Program-made: the position numbers and the translations under genes
Shown here: piece after piece, positions 6,612 through 15,656 of the stretch
Layout of the letters: every line of letters begins with the position of its first letter
Numbering within the stretch: the first letter of the stretch is position 1
The notes under the pieces: generated by a model
Seen by the model: the letters and a program-made list of their open reading frames with translations, nothing else
Databases searched by the model: none
What the model was told of the DNA's origin: nothing
Origin: Nitrososphaerota archaeon
GTDB lineage: Archaea > Thermoproteota > Nitrososphaeria > Nitrososphaerales > UBA57
Assembly: GCA_002713205.1 (NCBI GenBank)
Contig: PAVW01000013.1
Coordinates: forward strand, 30,272 to 62,271
Direction: 5' to 3'
Length of the DNA: 32,000 bases

Positions 6612-7516
6612 GTTTCTGTTAAAATTACGGCGCCATCTTCAGTAGGCGTTATAGTATGTTCAAATTGTGCTACTATTGCATTAGTAGCTTCAATCAGGTC
6701 AGGATACACGCGGAAAATTTTACGTGCAACTAATTTATTTAATATTTCATTTAGTTCTTCTTTAGAGTAATTGTCTAAATACCAACGAGGAGAGAAAGGC
6801 AATGTATTTCGTGTTTTCCAGATTGTGTCAGTGAAATTATCCAATTTTTTATCACCTGTATGTTTTCTTCTAATCAACATGTATATTGTCTTTGTAGTTC
6901 CGTCAACTACATAACCGGCTGCATTTTTTAATGTGAGAAAAGGTTCTATTGCATAAACATGTCCAATATTGAGGTTACTTCCAAATGGAGTAGAAATATT
7001 AGGGATTGAAATCCCTGCATGTATTTTAAACCTTTCAATAGAATGTCCAGAAAGATTAGAAATAGGTTTAAAGCCATATTTATGAGCTGTTTCTTCAATT
7101 ATTTTACCAATAGTTGCTGAAGAAGTTCTATGTTTTACATTTTTTATTGCCTCGTAAAGAACTTTTTCGGTAGCTAAAGTTAATTCATAATAATCAGGAT
7201 TATAAGATATTGTAACTGCTGTGTCTGCTACAAATCCATCAATGTGAGCACCCAAATCCAGTTTTATTACGGAATTATCGGTTATTACACGATCCTCAAA
7301 TAATTCACCACTATAATGTGCTGTTACATCATTTATCGAAACACCGCAAGGAAAACCAGGTTCGGCACCAAGTTTTCTAATCATATCTTCAACTTCAGTA
7401 CATACCTGCGTAACAGTCATACCAATAAGATTTCTTCGTTTGAATTCATCTCGAACTTTTGCTGTTATATTACCTGCTTTAACGAATTTTGGATCAATTT
7501 CAAGCGCCGTATTCAT
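6608..7516 (-). CDS. map: Methionine aminopeptidase, type 2 (archaeal)
   Basis: 302 aa. 'VSINDVTAHY', 'DLGAHIDGFVAD', 'LSGHSIERFKIHAG' and 'VYAIEPF...QFEHT' carry the metal-ligand pattern of type 2 MetAP. Confidence 0.9.
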   Translation of the reverse strand: MNTALEIDPKFVKAGNITAKVRDEFKRRNLIGMTVTQVCTEVEDMIRKLGAEPGFPCGVSINDVTAHYSGELFEDRVITDNSVIKLDLGAHIDGFVADTAVTISYNPDYYELTLATEKVLYEAIKNVKHRTSSATIGKIIEETAHKYGFKPISNLSGHSIERFKIHAGISIPNISTPFGSNLNIGHVYAIEPFLTLKNAAGYVVDGTTKTIYMLIRRKHTGDKKLDNFTDTIWKTRNTLPFSPRWYLDNYSKEELNEILNKLVARKIFRVYPDLIEATNAIVAQFEHTITPTEDGAVILTET

Positions 7517-7612
7517 TAATTCAACGTTAGTATTCTAACTAATAAAAAAATATCAATTAATTCACATTTATATTGGTTAAATCTAAATTTAAGAGACTTA
7601 TAGTAAATATAA

Positions 7613-8089
7613 ATGAAAAAATATGCTCGAATTGCAGTAGGTGGAACATTTGATATATTGCACAAAGGGCATGAAAAGCTGATAAATGAGACATTTAAAT
7701 TAGCAGATGAAGTATTTGTAGGATTAACTTCAGATAAATTTGCAGAGAAACTTGATAAACAATTAATAAATTCTTATTCTAAAAGAAGTAATAAATTAGA
7801 AAATTATATTCGAGATAATTTTTCCAATTCGAGTTACAAAATATTTGAATTAAGTGATTATTTTGGACCGGCAATTTTTTATGAAAATCTTGATGCTTTA
7901 ATTGTCACTGTAGAAAATCAACATAGAATAAATGAAGTGAATGAAGAAAGGGGAAAAAGAGGAATGCCTCTACTAAAAGCAGAGGTTATTGAATTAGTAA
8001 GAGCTGATGATGGCAAACCAATATCAACAACTAGAATAAAGCGTCTAGAAATAGACAATCAGGGAAATTTATTGAAAAAAACAAGTTAA
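7613..8089 (+). CDS. Phosphopantetheine adenylyltransferase, archaeal type (cytidylyltransferase fold)
   Basis: 'IAVGGTFDILHKGHEKLI' is the (H/T)xGH nucleotidyltransferase motif. The ~158 aa size fits the archaeal PPAT family. Confidence 0.75.
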   Translation: MKKYARIAVGGTFDILHKGHEKLINETFKLADEVFVGLTSDKFAEKLDKQLINSYSKRSNKLENYIRDNFSNSSYKIFELSDYFGPAIFYENLDALIVTVENQHRINEVNEERGKRGMPLLKAEVIELVRADDGKPISTTRIKRLEIDNQGNLLKKTS

Positions 8090-8131
8090 AAAACACCTAT
8101 ATTATATTAAGGAATGAAAACCGATAATTGA

Positions 8132-9259
8132 GTGATAAATTTGGCTGAATATTCTGTTACGCCATGGGAAGTCAAGGGAGATTTAGATTATGACAAATTA
8201 GTAAGAGATTTTGGAACTTCATATATTGATGATGAATTACGTACTAGAATTAAAAATCACACAGGTGAACTACACTTCATGTTAAGAAGAAATGTGTTTT
8301 TCAGTCATAGAGATTTGGGATGGATTCTGGATAGATTTGAACATGGCGAAAATTTTTTCCTATATACAGGAAGAGGGCCATCAGGAAATACTCATCTGGG
8401 TCATTTGTTACCATGGATATTTACACAATATCTTCAAGAGAAATTCGGCGCAGAATTATATTTTCAGATTACAGATGATGAAAAATTCTTACATGATCGT
8501 AAATTAAGTCGTAAACAAGTTACTGAATTTACTCATGAAAACATATTAGATATAATAGCATTAGGGTTTGATCCAAAAAAAACATTCGTATTTTCAGATA
8601 CAGATTATATTAAAACACTCTATCCAATTTCAATAGATATTGCTAAACATATTACATTTTCTACAGCAAAATCAGTTTTTGGTTTTAAAAATAGTTCTAA
8701 TATAGGAATGATATTCTTTCCTGCATTACAAGCGGCAACATGTTTTTTGCCATCTATTTTACAGAAAAAAAACATACCATGTTTAATTCCTGCTGCAATA
8801 GATCAAGATGACTACTGGAGAGGAATAGCTCGCGACATTGCACCCAAGTTAGGATATTACAAACCTGCTCAAATTCATTCAAAGTTCTTGCCAAGTTTGC
8901 AAAAAGGAGGAAAAATGAGTGCCTCATCACCAGAAACTGCTATTTTTACTACAGATGAGTTAGAAATTGCGGAAAAGAAAATAAAGAATGCATTTACTGG
9001 AGGTAGAGATACATTAAAAGAACATAGAAAATATGGAGGAAATCCTGATATTGATAGTGCATTTCAATATCTAAAAATGCTAATCGAAGAAGATGATAAG
9101 AAACTTTCAGAAATAGAACAAGAATACAGGTCTGGAAATCTTTTGTCAGGAGAATTGAAGGAAATAGCTGCAGAAAAAGTTAAAACATTCTTAAAAGAAC
9201 ATCAAAGAAAAAGAATGCAAGCTGAAAAGATATTCGATAAATTTATTTTGAGAGATTAG
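8132..9259 (+). CDS. trpS: Tryptophanyl-tRNA synthetase (archaeal/eukaryotic type)
   Basis: HIGH-type motif 'PSGNTHLGHLLP', KMSKS-type motif 'GKMSASSP', class Ic architecture, GTG start. Confidence 0.9.
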   Translation: MINLAEYSVTPWEVKGDLDYDKLVRDFGTSYIDDELRTRIKNHTGELHFMLRRNVFFSHRDLGWILDRFEHGENFFLYTGRGPSGNTHLGHLLPWIFTQYLQEKFGAELYFQITDDEKFLHDRKLSRKQVTEFTHENILDIIALGFDPKKTFVFSDTDYIKTLYPISIDIAKHITFSTAKSVFGFKNSSNIGMIFFPALQAATCFLPSILQKKNIPCLIPAAIDQDDYWRGIARDIAPKLGYYKPAQIHSKFLPSLQKGGKMSASSPETAIFTTDELEIAEKKIKNAFTGGRDTLKEHRKYGGNPDIDSAFQYLKMLIEEDDKKLSEIEQEYRSGNLLSGELKEIAAEKVKTFLKEHQRKRMQAEKIFDKFILRD

Positions 9260-9265
9260 ATTAAA

Positions 9266-10786
9266 ATGAGCGAATTAAATCCTGATTCACTACATGTGCT
9301 AGAAAAGAAGGTGCTAGTGTATCTTCGAGAAAATAGAGAGGCAGAATTAAAGAAAATTTCTGCTGAAGTAAATTTAACTTTAGATCAAGTTAGAAGATCA
9401 ATTGAATGGCTTAAAGAAAAGAATTTAATAAAAATAGATATAACCCAAAAAAGAACAATTTCTCTGGATAAAGAAGGAATAAAAGCTGTAAAACAAGGAT
9501 TGCCAGAAAGACAACTGATTAAGAAATTAGAACAGTTAGGTGGAAAAAGTGAATTAAGGATACTATCTCATGAATTGAAATTATCTATAAATGAAATTTC
9601 TGCAGCTTTAGGTTATGCTAAAGCAGCAAAATGGATCAATGTTAAAAAAGAAAATCAACAAGTAATGATACACAAGAACAATGAAACTAAACTTTCTGAA
9701 TTAGAAAAGTTATTATCAAAAATGAAAAATTCTATGGATTTATCATCTTTTTCGAAAGAGGATATTGTCTTATTAAAACAACTGAGCAGAAGGGCAAACT
9801 ACATAACAGAAACTACCATGAAAAATTACAATATATTATTAACAGAAAAAGGGTTAAAAGTTGCCAATAAAACGAAGATTGATAATGCTTTAGAATCTCT
9901 AACTCCGAAGCTATTGGAAACTGGTACATGGCGTGAAAGGAGTTTCAGGCCATTAAATGTAGAAGCACCTGCACCTCCAATTTATTCAGGTAGAAAGCAC
10001 CCAGTACAAAGATTTATTGATGAAGTTAGGGAAATTTTTGTATCTTTAGGGTTTGAGGAAATTGAGGGGCCGGTTATTCAGTCTTGTTTTTGGAATTTTG
10101 ATGCCCTTTTCACGCCTCAAGATCATCCAGCACGTGAAATACAAGACACATTTTATATTAAAGATGGTATTTCTAGCGAATCAAATTCAGAAAAACTAAG
10201 TAACAATATAGCAAACGTACATGAAAGTGGAGGAAAAACAGGATCAAAAGGATGGGGTTATAAATGGAATCCTAAATTAGCAAATAAATTAGTAATGAGA
10301 ACACATACAACATCGGTAACTGTTAAGCATCTAGCAGACAATATTCCAAAAGAAGCAAGAGTATTTTCAATAGGTCGTGTATTTCGGAATGAAAAAGTTA
10401 CCTTTAAGAATTTAGTTGAATTTCATCAAATAGAAGGAATAGTAGTTGGTAAGGAAGTAACATTAAGAGATCTAATGGGTTTACTAACTAAGTTCTATCA
10501 CAAACTAGGGCTTAAAAAGGTAAAATTTTGGCCATCCTTCTTTCCTTACACTGAACCTTCGTTACAATCTATGGTGTATCATGAGGGTTTATCGAAATGG
10601 ATAGAACTTTGTGGAATGGGAATATTTAGACCTGAAGTGACATTACCTCTTGGAGTAAATAATCCAGTATTAGCTTGGGGTGGCGGCCTTGAAAGACTTG
10701 TAATGTTAAAGTATGGAATAGATGATGTTAGAAAATTATATGAAAATGATCTTGATTGGTTAAGGAGAACTGCATTATGCCCGTAG
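9266..10786 (+). CDS. pheS: Phenylalanyl-tRNA synthetase alpha subunit
   Basis: Class II motifs 'GRVFRNEK' and 'GGGLERLVMLKYGIDDVR', with N-terminal winged-helix-like repeats typical of archaeal PheS. Confidence 0.9.
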   Translation: MSELNPDSLHVLEKKVLVYLRENREAELKKISAEVNLTLDQVRRSIEWLKEKNLIKIDITQKRTISLDKEGIKAVKQGLPERQLIKKLEQLGGKSELRILSHELKLSINEISAALGYAKAAKWINVKKENQQVMIHKNNETKLSELEKLLSKMKNSMDLSSFSKEDIVLLKQLSRRANYITETTMKNYNILLTEKGLKVANKTKIDNALESLTPKLLETGTWRERSFRPLNVEAPAPPIYSGRKHPVQRFIDEVREIFVSLGFEEIEGPVIQSCFWNFDALFTPQDHPAREIQDTFYIKDGISSESNSEKLSNNIANVHESGGKTGSKGWGYKWNPKLANKLVMRTHTTSVTVKHLADNIPKEARVFSIGRVFRNEKVTFKNLVEFHQIEGIVVGKEVTLRDLMGLLTKFYHKLGLKKVKFWPSFFPYTEPSLQSMVYHEGLSKWIELCGMGIFRPEVTLPLGVNNPVLAWGGGLERLVMLKYGIDDVRKLYENDLDWLRRTALCP

Positions 10787-12429
10787 TAACAGTATATTTT
10801 GAAAGACTACTTTCAATGTTAAATGGAAATATTTCAAGAGAGGAACTAATTGATAAAATTCCATATCTAAGCTTAGATATTGAAGAAATTACTGATGATT
10901 ATATAAGAATTGAATACAATCCAAATAGACCTGATTTTTCGACTGATTATGGTCTTGCAAGAGCATTAAATAGCTTTCTTCAATTTGAATCAAAATTTGA
11001 TTCATATAATGTAAAGGAAAGTAATGTATCAGTAACTGTAGACAAATCAACTAGTAAAGTCAGGCCGTATATTGTTGCAGCATTAGTTAAAAACATCAAT
11101 CTAGATGATGAATCCATAAGGCAAATAATTAACATGCAAGAAGATCTTCATAACGGAATAGGAAGAAAAAGAAGAAAAATCTCGATAGGAATTCATAATT
11201 TTGATGTTATTAAACCTCCAATTTATTATAAAACGGTTAGTGAAAATTTTTCATTTGTTACATTAAATAATGCGAAATCGTCAACAATTCGGGAAATATT
11301 AGACAATACTGATGTAGGCAAGTCATATGGTCATATAATATCAGGAAATTCAATTTACCCAATTCTTGTCGATTCAGCAGATGGGGTTTTATCATTTCCA
11401 CCGATAATTAACGGTGATTTAACTAGATTAACAAATGAAACCAGTAATCTTTTTATTGATATAACAGGAACCGACTTTAATGCGGTGAATAATGCACTTT
11501 CTGTATTATTTACTACGTTAGCAGATGCAGGAGGTCAAGTGTATTCTGTTAAAGTGAATTATAGTGATCAAGTTTTTGTTACACCCAAAATCAATCCAAG
11601 TAAATTACCTCTTGATCTGTCATATGCAACATCATTGTTAGGACTTGAAATAAGCGAAAAAGAAGCTGTTAATTACTTGCAAAGATGTAGGATGAATTCT
11701 ATAATTGAAAATAATATAGTTATGGTAGAACCACCTCCGTATAGATTTGATTTAATTCATCCTGTAGATTTAGTTGAAGAAATCGCAATCGGATATGGAG
11801 TTGACAATATCACACCGACTGTACCTAGTACTGATCTAGCAGGTAAGCCAAATAGTAAACAACGAATAATTTCAGCGGTTAAAGAAGTTTTAATCGGTTT
11901 AGGTTTGATAGAAATAATGACATATGGATTAATTAGCAACGATAATTTAATGAAATCAAATATGGAAGATGAACAGATCAAAGTAATTGAAACAAAGAGT
12001 ATTGAGCATGAAATATTAAAAAAATCAAATATTCCTTCAATTCTTTATACGTTATCTCGTAATATACATAATTCCTACCCACAAAGAATTTTTGAAGTGG
12101 CAAAAATATTCAAGAAGTCAGAATCATTAATTATTGAACCATATCACGTTACAGTGGCTTTAGCACACGCTGAAGTTAATTTTACTGAAGGGAAATCTTT
12201 TCTAACTGCTCTGGGACGACAGTTATTTAATCGTCAATTTACAACAAGGAGAATAAATAATGCAGTGTTTTTGAATGGTAGATCTGCTGAGATACTTGAT
12301 TCTGATAAGACAAACATTGGAGTGGTTGGGGAAGTTCATCCAAAGGTTTTAGAAAATTTTTCTATCAGAACACCGGTAGTATTATTTGATATCAACTTAG
12401 AGAAATTAATCAAGTCAGAAATTACTTAA
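10777..12429 (+). CDS. pheT: Phenylalanyl-tRNA synthetase beta subunit
   Basis: The protein starts 'MPVVTVYFERL', the typical archaeal PheT N-terminus. I chose the ATG at 10777 over the ORF-track start at 10756. It overlaps the pheS stop by 10 nt. Confidence 0.9.
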   Translation: MPVVTVYFERLLSMLNGNISREELIDKIPYLSLDIEEITDDYIRIEYNPNRPDFSTDYGLARALNSFLQFESKFDSYNVKESNVSVTVDKSTSKVRPYIVAALVKNINLDDESIRQIINMQEDLHNGIGRKRRKISIGIHNFDVIKPPIYYKTVSENFSFVTLNNAKSSTIREILDNTDVGKSYGHIISGNSIYPILVDSADGVLSFPPIINGDLTRLTNETSNLFIDITGTDFNAVNNALSVLFTTLADAGGQVYSVKVNYSDQVFVTPKINPSKLPLDLSYATSLLGLEISEKEAVNYLQRCRMNSIIENNIVMVEPPPYRFDLIHPVDLVEEIAIGYGVDNITPTVPSTDLAGKPNSKQRIISAVKEVLIGLGLIEIMTYGLISNDNLMKSNMEDEQIKVIETKSIEHEILKKSNIPSILYTLSRNIHNSYPQRIFEVAKIFKKSESLIIEPYHVTVALAHAEVNFTEGKSFLTALGRQLFNRQFTTRRINNAVFLNGRSAEILDSDKTNIGVVGEVHPKVLENFSIRTPVVLFDINLEKLIKSEIT

Positions 12430-13025
12430 GAATCCCTGATAGAAATTCGTTTCACGATCACTTTATCATTTGGATTATCAAGATTATCTCTAGGGACATT
12501 AACTATTTTATCAGCGACATCCATACCTTCAACTACCTTGCCAAAAACCGTATATTGCTTATCAAGAAATGGAGAATCAGAAACAACAATGAAAAACTGA
12601 GAACCAGCACTATTCGGATCATTAGTTCTTGCCATTGAAACTATTCCTCGTACATGACTGATATCATTAAATTCAGCATTTATTGTATAACCTGGACCGC
12701 CTTGACCATGACTGCTTCTGTCATCACTTTTAGTATTAGGGTCGCCACCCTGAATCATAAATCCAGGAATTACACGATGAAAGGTTGTGCCGTTATAAAA
12801 TCCATCATTTGCGAGTTTAATGAAATTCTCAACATGCCCTGGTGATTTATCAGGAAAGAGCTCAATCACTATATTGCCAAAATCAGTCTCAATAACAGCT
12901 ACTGTGCTCATTGTATTAACTGAGTCAGAGTCATTATTAAATGCAAAAAAGTATACAGCGCCAATTAGAACTAGCAAAGCAATAAATCCGCCTATCATTT
13001 GTGTTCTGTTATTACCACTAGACAT
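12426..13025 (-). CDS. Peptidyl-prolyl cis-trans isomerase, cyclophilin type, with an N-terminal membrane anchor or signal
   Basis: 'FHRVIPGFMIQGGDP...GIVSMARTNDPNSAGSQFFIV' is the cyclophilin core. The hydrophobic 'MIGGFIALLVLIGAVYFFAF' precedes it. I chose the ATG at 13025 because the GTG at 13088 abuts a TATA-like 'ttatata'. Confidence 0.88.
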   Translation of the reverse strand: MSSGNNRTQMIGGFIALLVLIGAVYFFAFNNDSDSVNTMSTVAVIETDFGNIVIELFPDKSPGHVENFIKLANDGFYNGTTFHRVIPGFMIQGGDPNTKSDDRSSHGQGGPGYTINAEFNDISHVRGIVSMARTNDPNSAGSQFFIVVSDSPFLDKQYTVFGKVVEGMDVADKIVNVPRDNLDNPNDKVIVKRISIRDS

Positions 13026-13094
13026 AAAGTAAGGAAAGACACGATTGTTATTTATTTCTTTAAAAATACATAAATTAGAAAAACGCACTATATA

Positions 13095-13275
13095 ATTTGA
13101 CTGTATTAAGCACTGAGACGGCCGATTACGAGTTAAGTATAAACATTATACATCGATGATTAGTTGGCCACCCAGCAGTGTTACAGGTCACAAAAACCCC
13201 GATTTAAGAAGGCCTATCAAGTTAAGCTAATTTAGCGAAACGATGAGATATTTCTGTCAGAGGCGGGGTACAATC
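13095..13275. other. GC-enriched intergenic island with no convincing ORF; candidate structured ncRNA of unknown class
   Basis: By hand count, about 42% GC over 13111-13270, against visibly more AT-rich flanking spacers. A potential closing helix ACCCCG (13196-13201) / CGGGGT (13264-13269) is present, along with several GGCC-containing segments. Confidence 0.2.
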
Positions 13276-13368
13276 AATAATTTATAATCAGATTAAATAA
13301 TTGACAATAAATTAATTTTTTAATTATTGAAGTTATATAAATAAGTAAATGAATTTTATAATGAAATC

Positions 13369-14220
13369 TTGAATCGAGATGAATTATCCAGAGCATTAGA
13401 ATTACGTTCAAAGGATTATAAAGAAAGATTAGATGATAAATGGGAAAAAGTTCTTGAGAGTCACAAGTGGTCAAGTTTTTATGAACCGTTAAGATATGCA
13501 ACTAAAGACGGTAAAAGAATTCGACCTTTGATTCTTATGTTAGCTGGTGAAAGTGTAGGAATTCCTGGAGGTAAAACTGACTTAGCTGCTGTAGCGGTAG
13601 AATTATTGCATACGGAATCAATAATTCATGATGACATAATAGATAACCAAATACAAAGACGAAACAAGGATTCGTTTCATCTTCGATATGGTAATCATAC
13701 AGCCTTATTAACTGCTGATTTTGTTTTTGGTATTATTCTCGAAATAGCATCACGATATAATGATCCACGTATAGCAAAAGAACTATCTTTAGCTGCATTA
13801 AAAATGTGTGAAGGGCAACAGAAGGAATTAAATGTTAATTCTAGAAGAATCCAATGGATAGAATATCTCACTGTAATTAGTCAAAAGACAGCATCACTAT
13901 TTCAAACATCTTCAAAGTTAGGTGCTATTATTGGTGGTGGAAATGAAAGCGAGATTAATGCATTAGCGAATTATGGCCTAAATTTAGGCATAGCATACCA
14001 AATCCATGATGATATACTTGATTGGGAAGAAGATGATAAATTTTTAGAATCAACACAAGATAAAAGGATACAAGAAAACATTGTAAGTTTAAAAAAACTC
14101 AGAGAGCACAGCACATTATACTCAGAAAATGCAAAAAGACAATTAGATAAAATTAAAGAATCAGATTATAAAGAATTTTTATATTATCTGGCTGATTTTA
14201 CAGTTAAACGAGATTATTGA
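13369..14220 (+). CDS. Polyprenyl diphosphate synthase (geranylgeranyl diphosphate synthase-like)
   Basis: First Asp-rich motif 'LLHTESIIHDDIIDNQIQRR' and second 'IHDDILDW'. The apparent start is TTG. Confidence 0.85.
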   Translation: MNRDELSRALELRSKDYKERLDDKWEKVLESHKWSSFYEPLRYATKDGKRIRPLILMLAGESVGIPGGKTDLAAVAVELLHTESIIHDDIIDNQIQRRNKDSFHLRYGNHTALLTADFVFGIILEIASRYNDPRIAKELSLAALKMCEGQQKELNVNSRRIQWIEYLTVISQKTASLFQTSSKLGAIIGGGNESEINALANYGLNLGIAYQIHDDILDWEEDDKFLESTQDKRIQENIVSLKKLREHSTLYSENAKRQLDKIKESDYKEFLYYLADFTVKRDY

Positions 14221-15656
14221 TTAAAAAAAGAATTTGTGATTTCTTGTGACAAGTCATAAATCAAATTCGGAAACAAACCTGTTATTATAATAACTATTGT
14301 AGCAAATAACAGAACAGATTTGAATGACATAGGTTCTATTATATTACTGACAGTCTTTGGTTCGTCCATATACATTCTTTTTATTACAAGAAGGTAGTAA
14401 GCAACAGAAATTGCACTATTAATCAAACCAATAAAAGCTAACCAAGCATAACCCCCATCAACAGCAGCACCGAATAATACTAATTTACTCCAAAATCCGT
14501 TCAAAGGAGGAATACCAGCAAGGCCCAATAAAGAAATTGCTAAGCAAAATGAAGTTATTGGCATTATTTTAGAAAGACCTTGATAGGATGTTAGATCAGT
14601 ACTAGAAGTTTTTAATCGAACTAAAGCGGCTGCAATAAAAGCAGTGGCTTGTAATATAGCATGATTTAAAGAATGATATAATAAACCGATCAAGCCCAAA
14701 TCAGAATATGGTAGAACTACTAAACCTATCAACAAATAACCTGCTTGAGCTATACTAGAATATGCCAGAAGTCTGGTTATTGATTTTTGAGTTAAAGCTG
14801 CTAAATTACCTAAACTCATTGTAATTACAGCTACTATAGCAAGTGCAAATGACAAATCAAAGGAGAATAAAGGGAAAATAACAGCGAATATTCTTATAGC
14901 AGCTGCAAAACCAGCTTTCTTAGTAGCTGCAGAGAGTAAGGCACTGATTGGAGTGGGTGAACCTTGGTATGTATCAGGAATCCACATATGAAATGGCACG
15001 ATTGATAATTTTAATCCAAGACCAGCTAGCAATGCTATAGTTGCAAACATAACCAATGGAATTAGATTCGAATTGAGACTTGCAAGATTATCTGCTATTA
15101 CATATAAATTGGTAGAACCAACTAAACCGAAAATTAATGAAATGCCATAAAGTAAAATTCCTGATGAAAGTGCTCCAAGAACGAAGAATTTTACTGCGCC
15201 TTCATTTGATAGCTTATCTTGTTTATTAAAACCAGCCAGAATAAATGTTGGAAGGCTCATTAGTTCCCAAGCAACAAATATTAGAAGTAAATCTATTGCA
15301 AATGAAAGGAGCAACATTCCAATGGATGTGAAAAGTAGCAGAGAATAATAAATTGCTTCATTACTATGATCTTTTACATAATCAAAGGATGAAATTACTA
15401 CAAAAAGTGAAACTAGTATCACAATGAAACCAAAAAAGGAACCTAAAAGATCAGTTCGAAGTAAATGCGGTAATGTTGATTCTTGTGAAATTAAACCAAT
15501 TAATGAACCAAAGAGCAATAATAAAGAAATTGATAGAGAAATAGCAGTCAAATACCTGATATAACTTATGCCTTTTTTACCGAATAGAATATGTATAATC
15601 GGTATAGAAAGTGCAGTAATTGATAATAAAACTAGTAAAATAATTGGAATATTCAA
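14214..15656 (-). CDS. nuoN: NADH-quinone oxidoreductase (complex I) subunit N
   Basis: Antiporter-like subunit containing 'HMWIPDTYQGSPTPISALLSAATKKAGF'. It is the last gene of the nuo operon. The TTG start directly follows the nuoM stop. Confidence 0.85.
   Translation of the reverse strand: MNIPIILLVLLSITALSIPIIHILFGKKGISYIRYLTAISLSISLLLLFGSLIGLISQESTLPHLLRTDLLGSFFGFIVILVSLFVVISSFDYVKDHSNEAIYYSLLLFTSIGMLLLSFAIDLLLIFVAWELMSLPTFILAGFNKQDKLSNEGAVKFFVLGALSSGILLYGISLIFGLVGSTNLYVIADNLASLNSNLIPLVMFATIALLAGLGLKLSIVPFHMWIPDTYQGSPTPISALLSAATKKAGFAAAIRIFAVIFPLFSFDLSFALAIVAVITMSLGNLAALTQKSITRLLAYSSIAQAGYLLIGLVVLPYSDLGLIGLLYHSLNHAILQATAFIAAALVRLKTSSTDLTSYQGLSKIMPITSFCLAISLLGLAGIPPLNGFWSKLVLFGAAVDGGYAWLAFIGLINSAISVAYYLLVIKRMYMDEPKTVSNIIEPMSFKSVLLFATIVIIITGLFPNLIYDLSQEITNSFFNQ

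Noticed and set aside
3918-9259. A functional link between the tRNA-Trp gene and trpS, which lie about 4 kb apart.
   Set aside because: They are on different strands and are separated by six unrelated features: five protein-coding genes and the 5S rRNA gene. Co-location is most simply coincidence in a small genome.
10756-10776. The upstream non-ATG start for pheT given in the track ('MVKENCI...').
   Set aside because: The ATG at 10777 yields the typical 'MPVVTV' PheT N-terminus. The extra 7 codons lie within the pheS 3' end.
13274-13501. A 75-aa minus-strand ORF spanning the polyprenyl synthase start and its upstream spacer.
   Set aside because: The translation is Ile/Leu/Asn/Tyr-rich with no motif. 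It overlaps the 5' end of a well-supported gene on the other strand and is most likely an AT-rich chance ORF.
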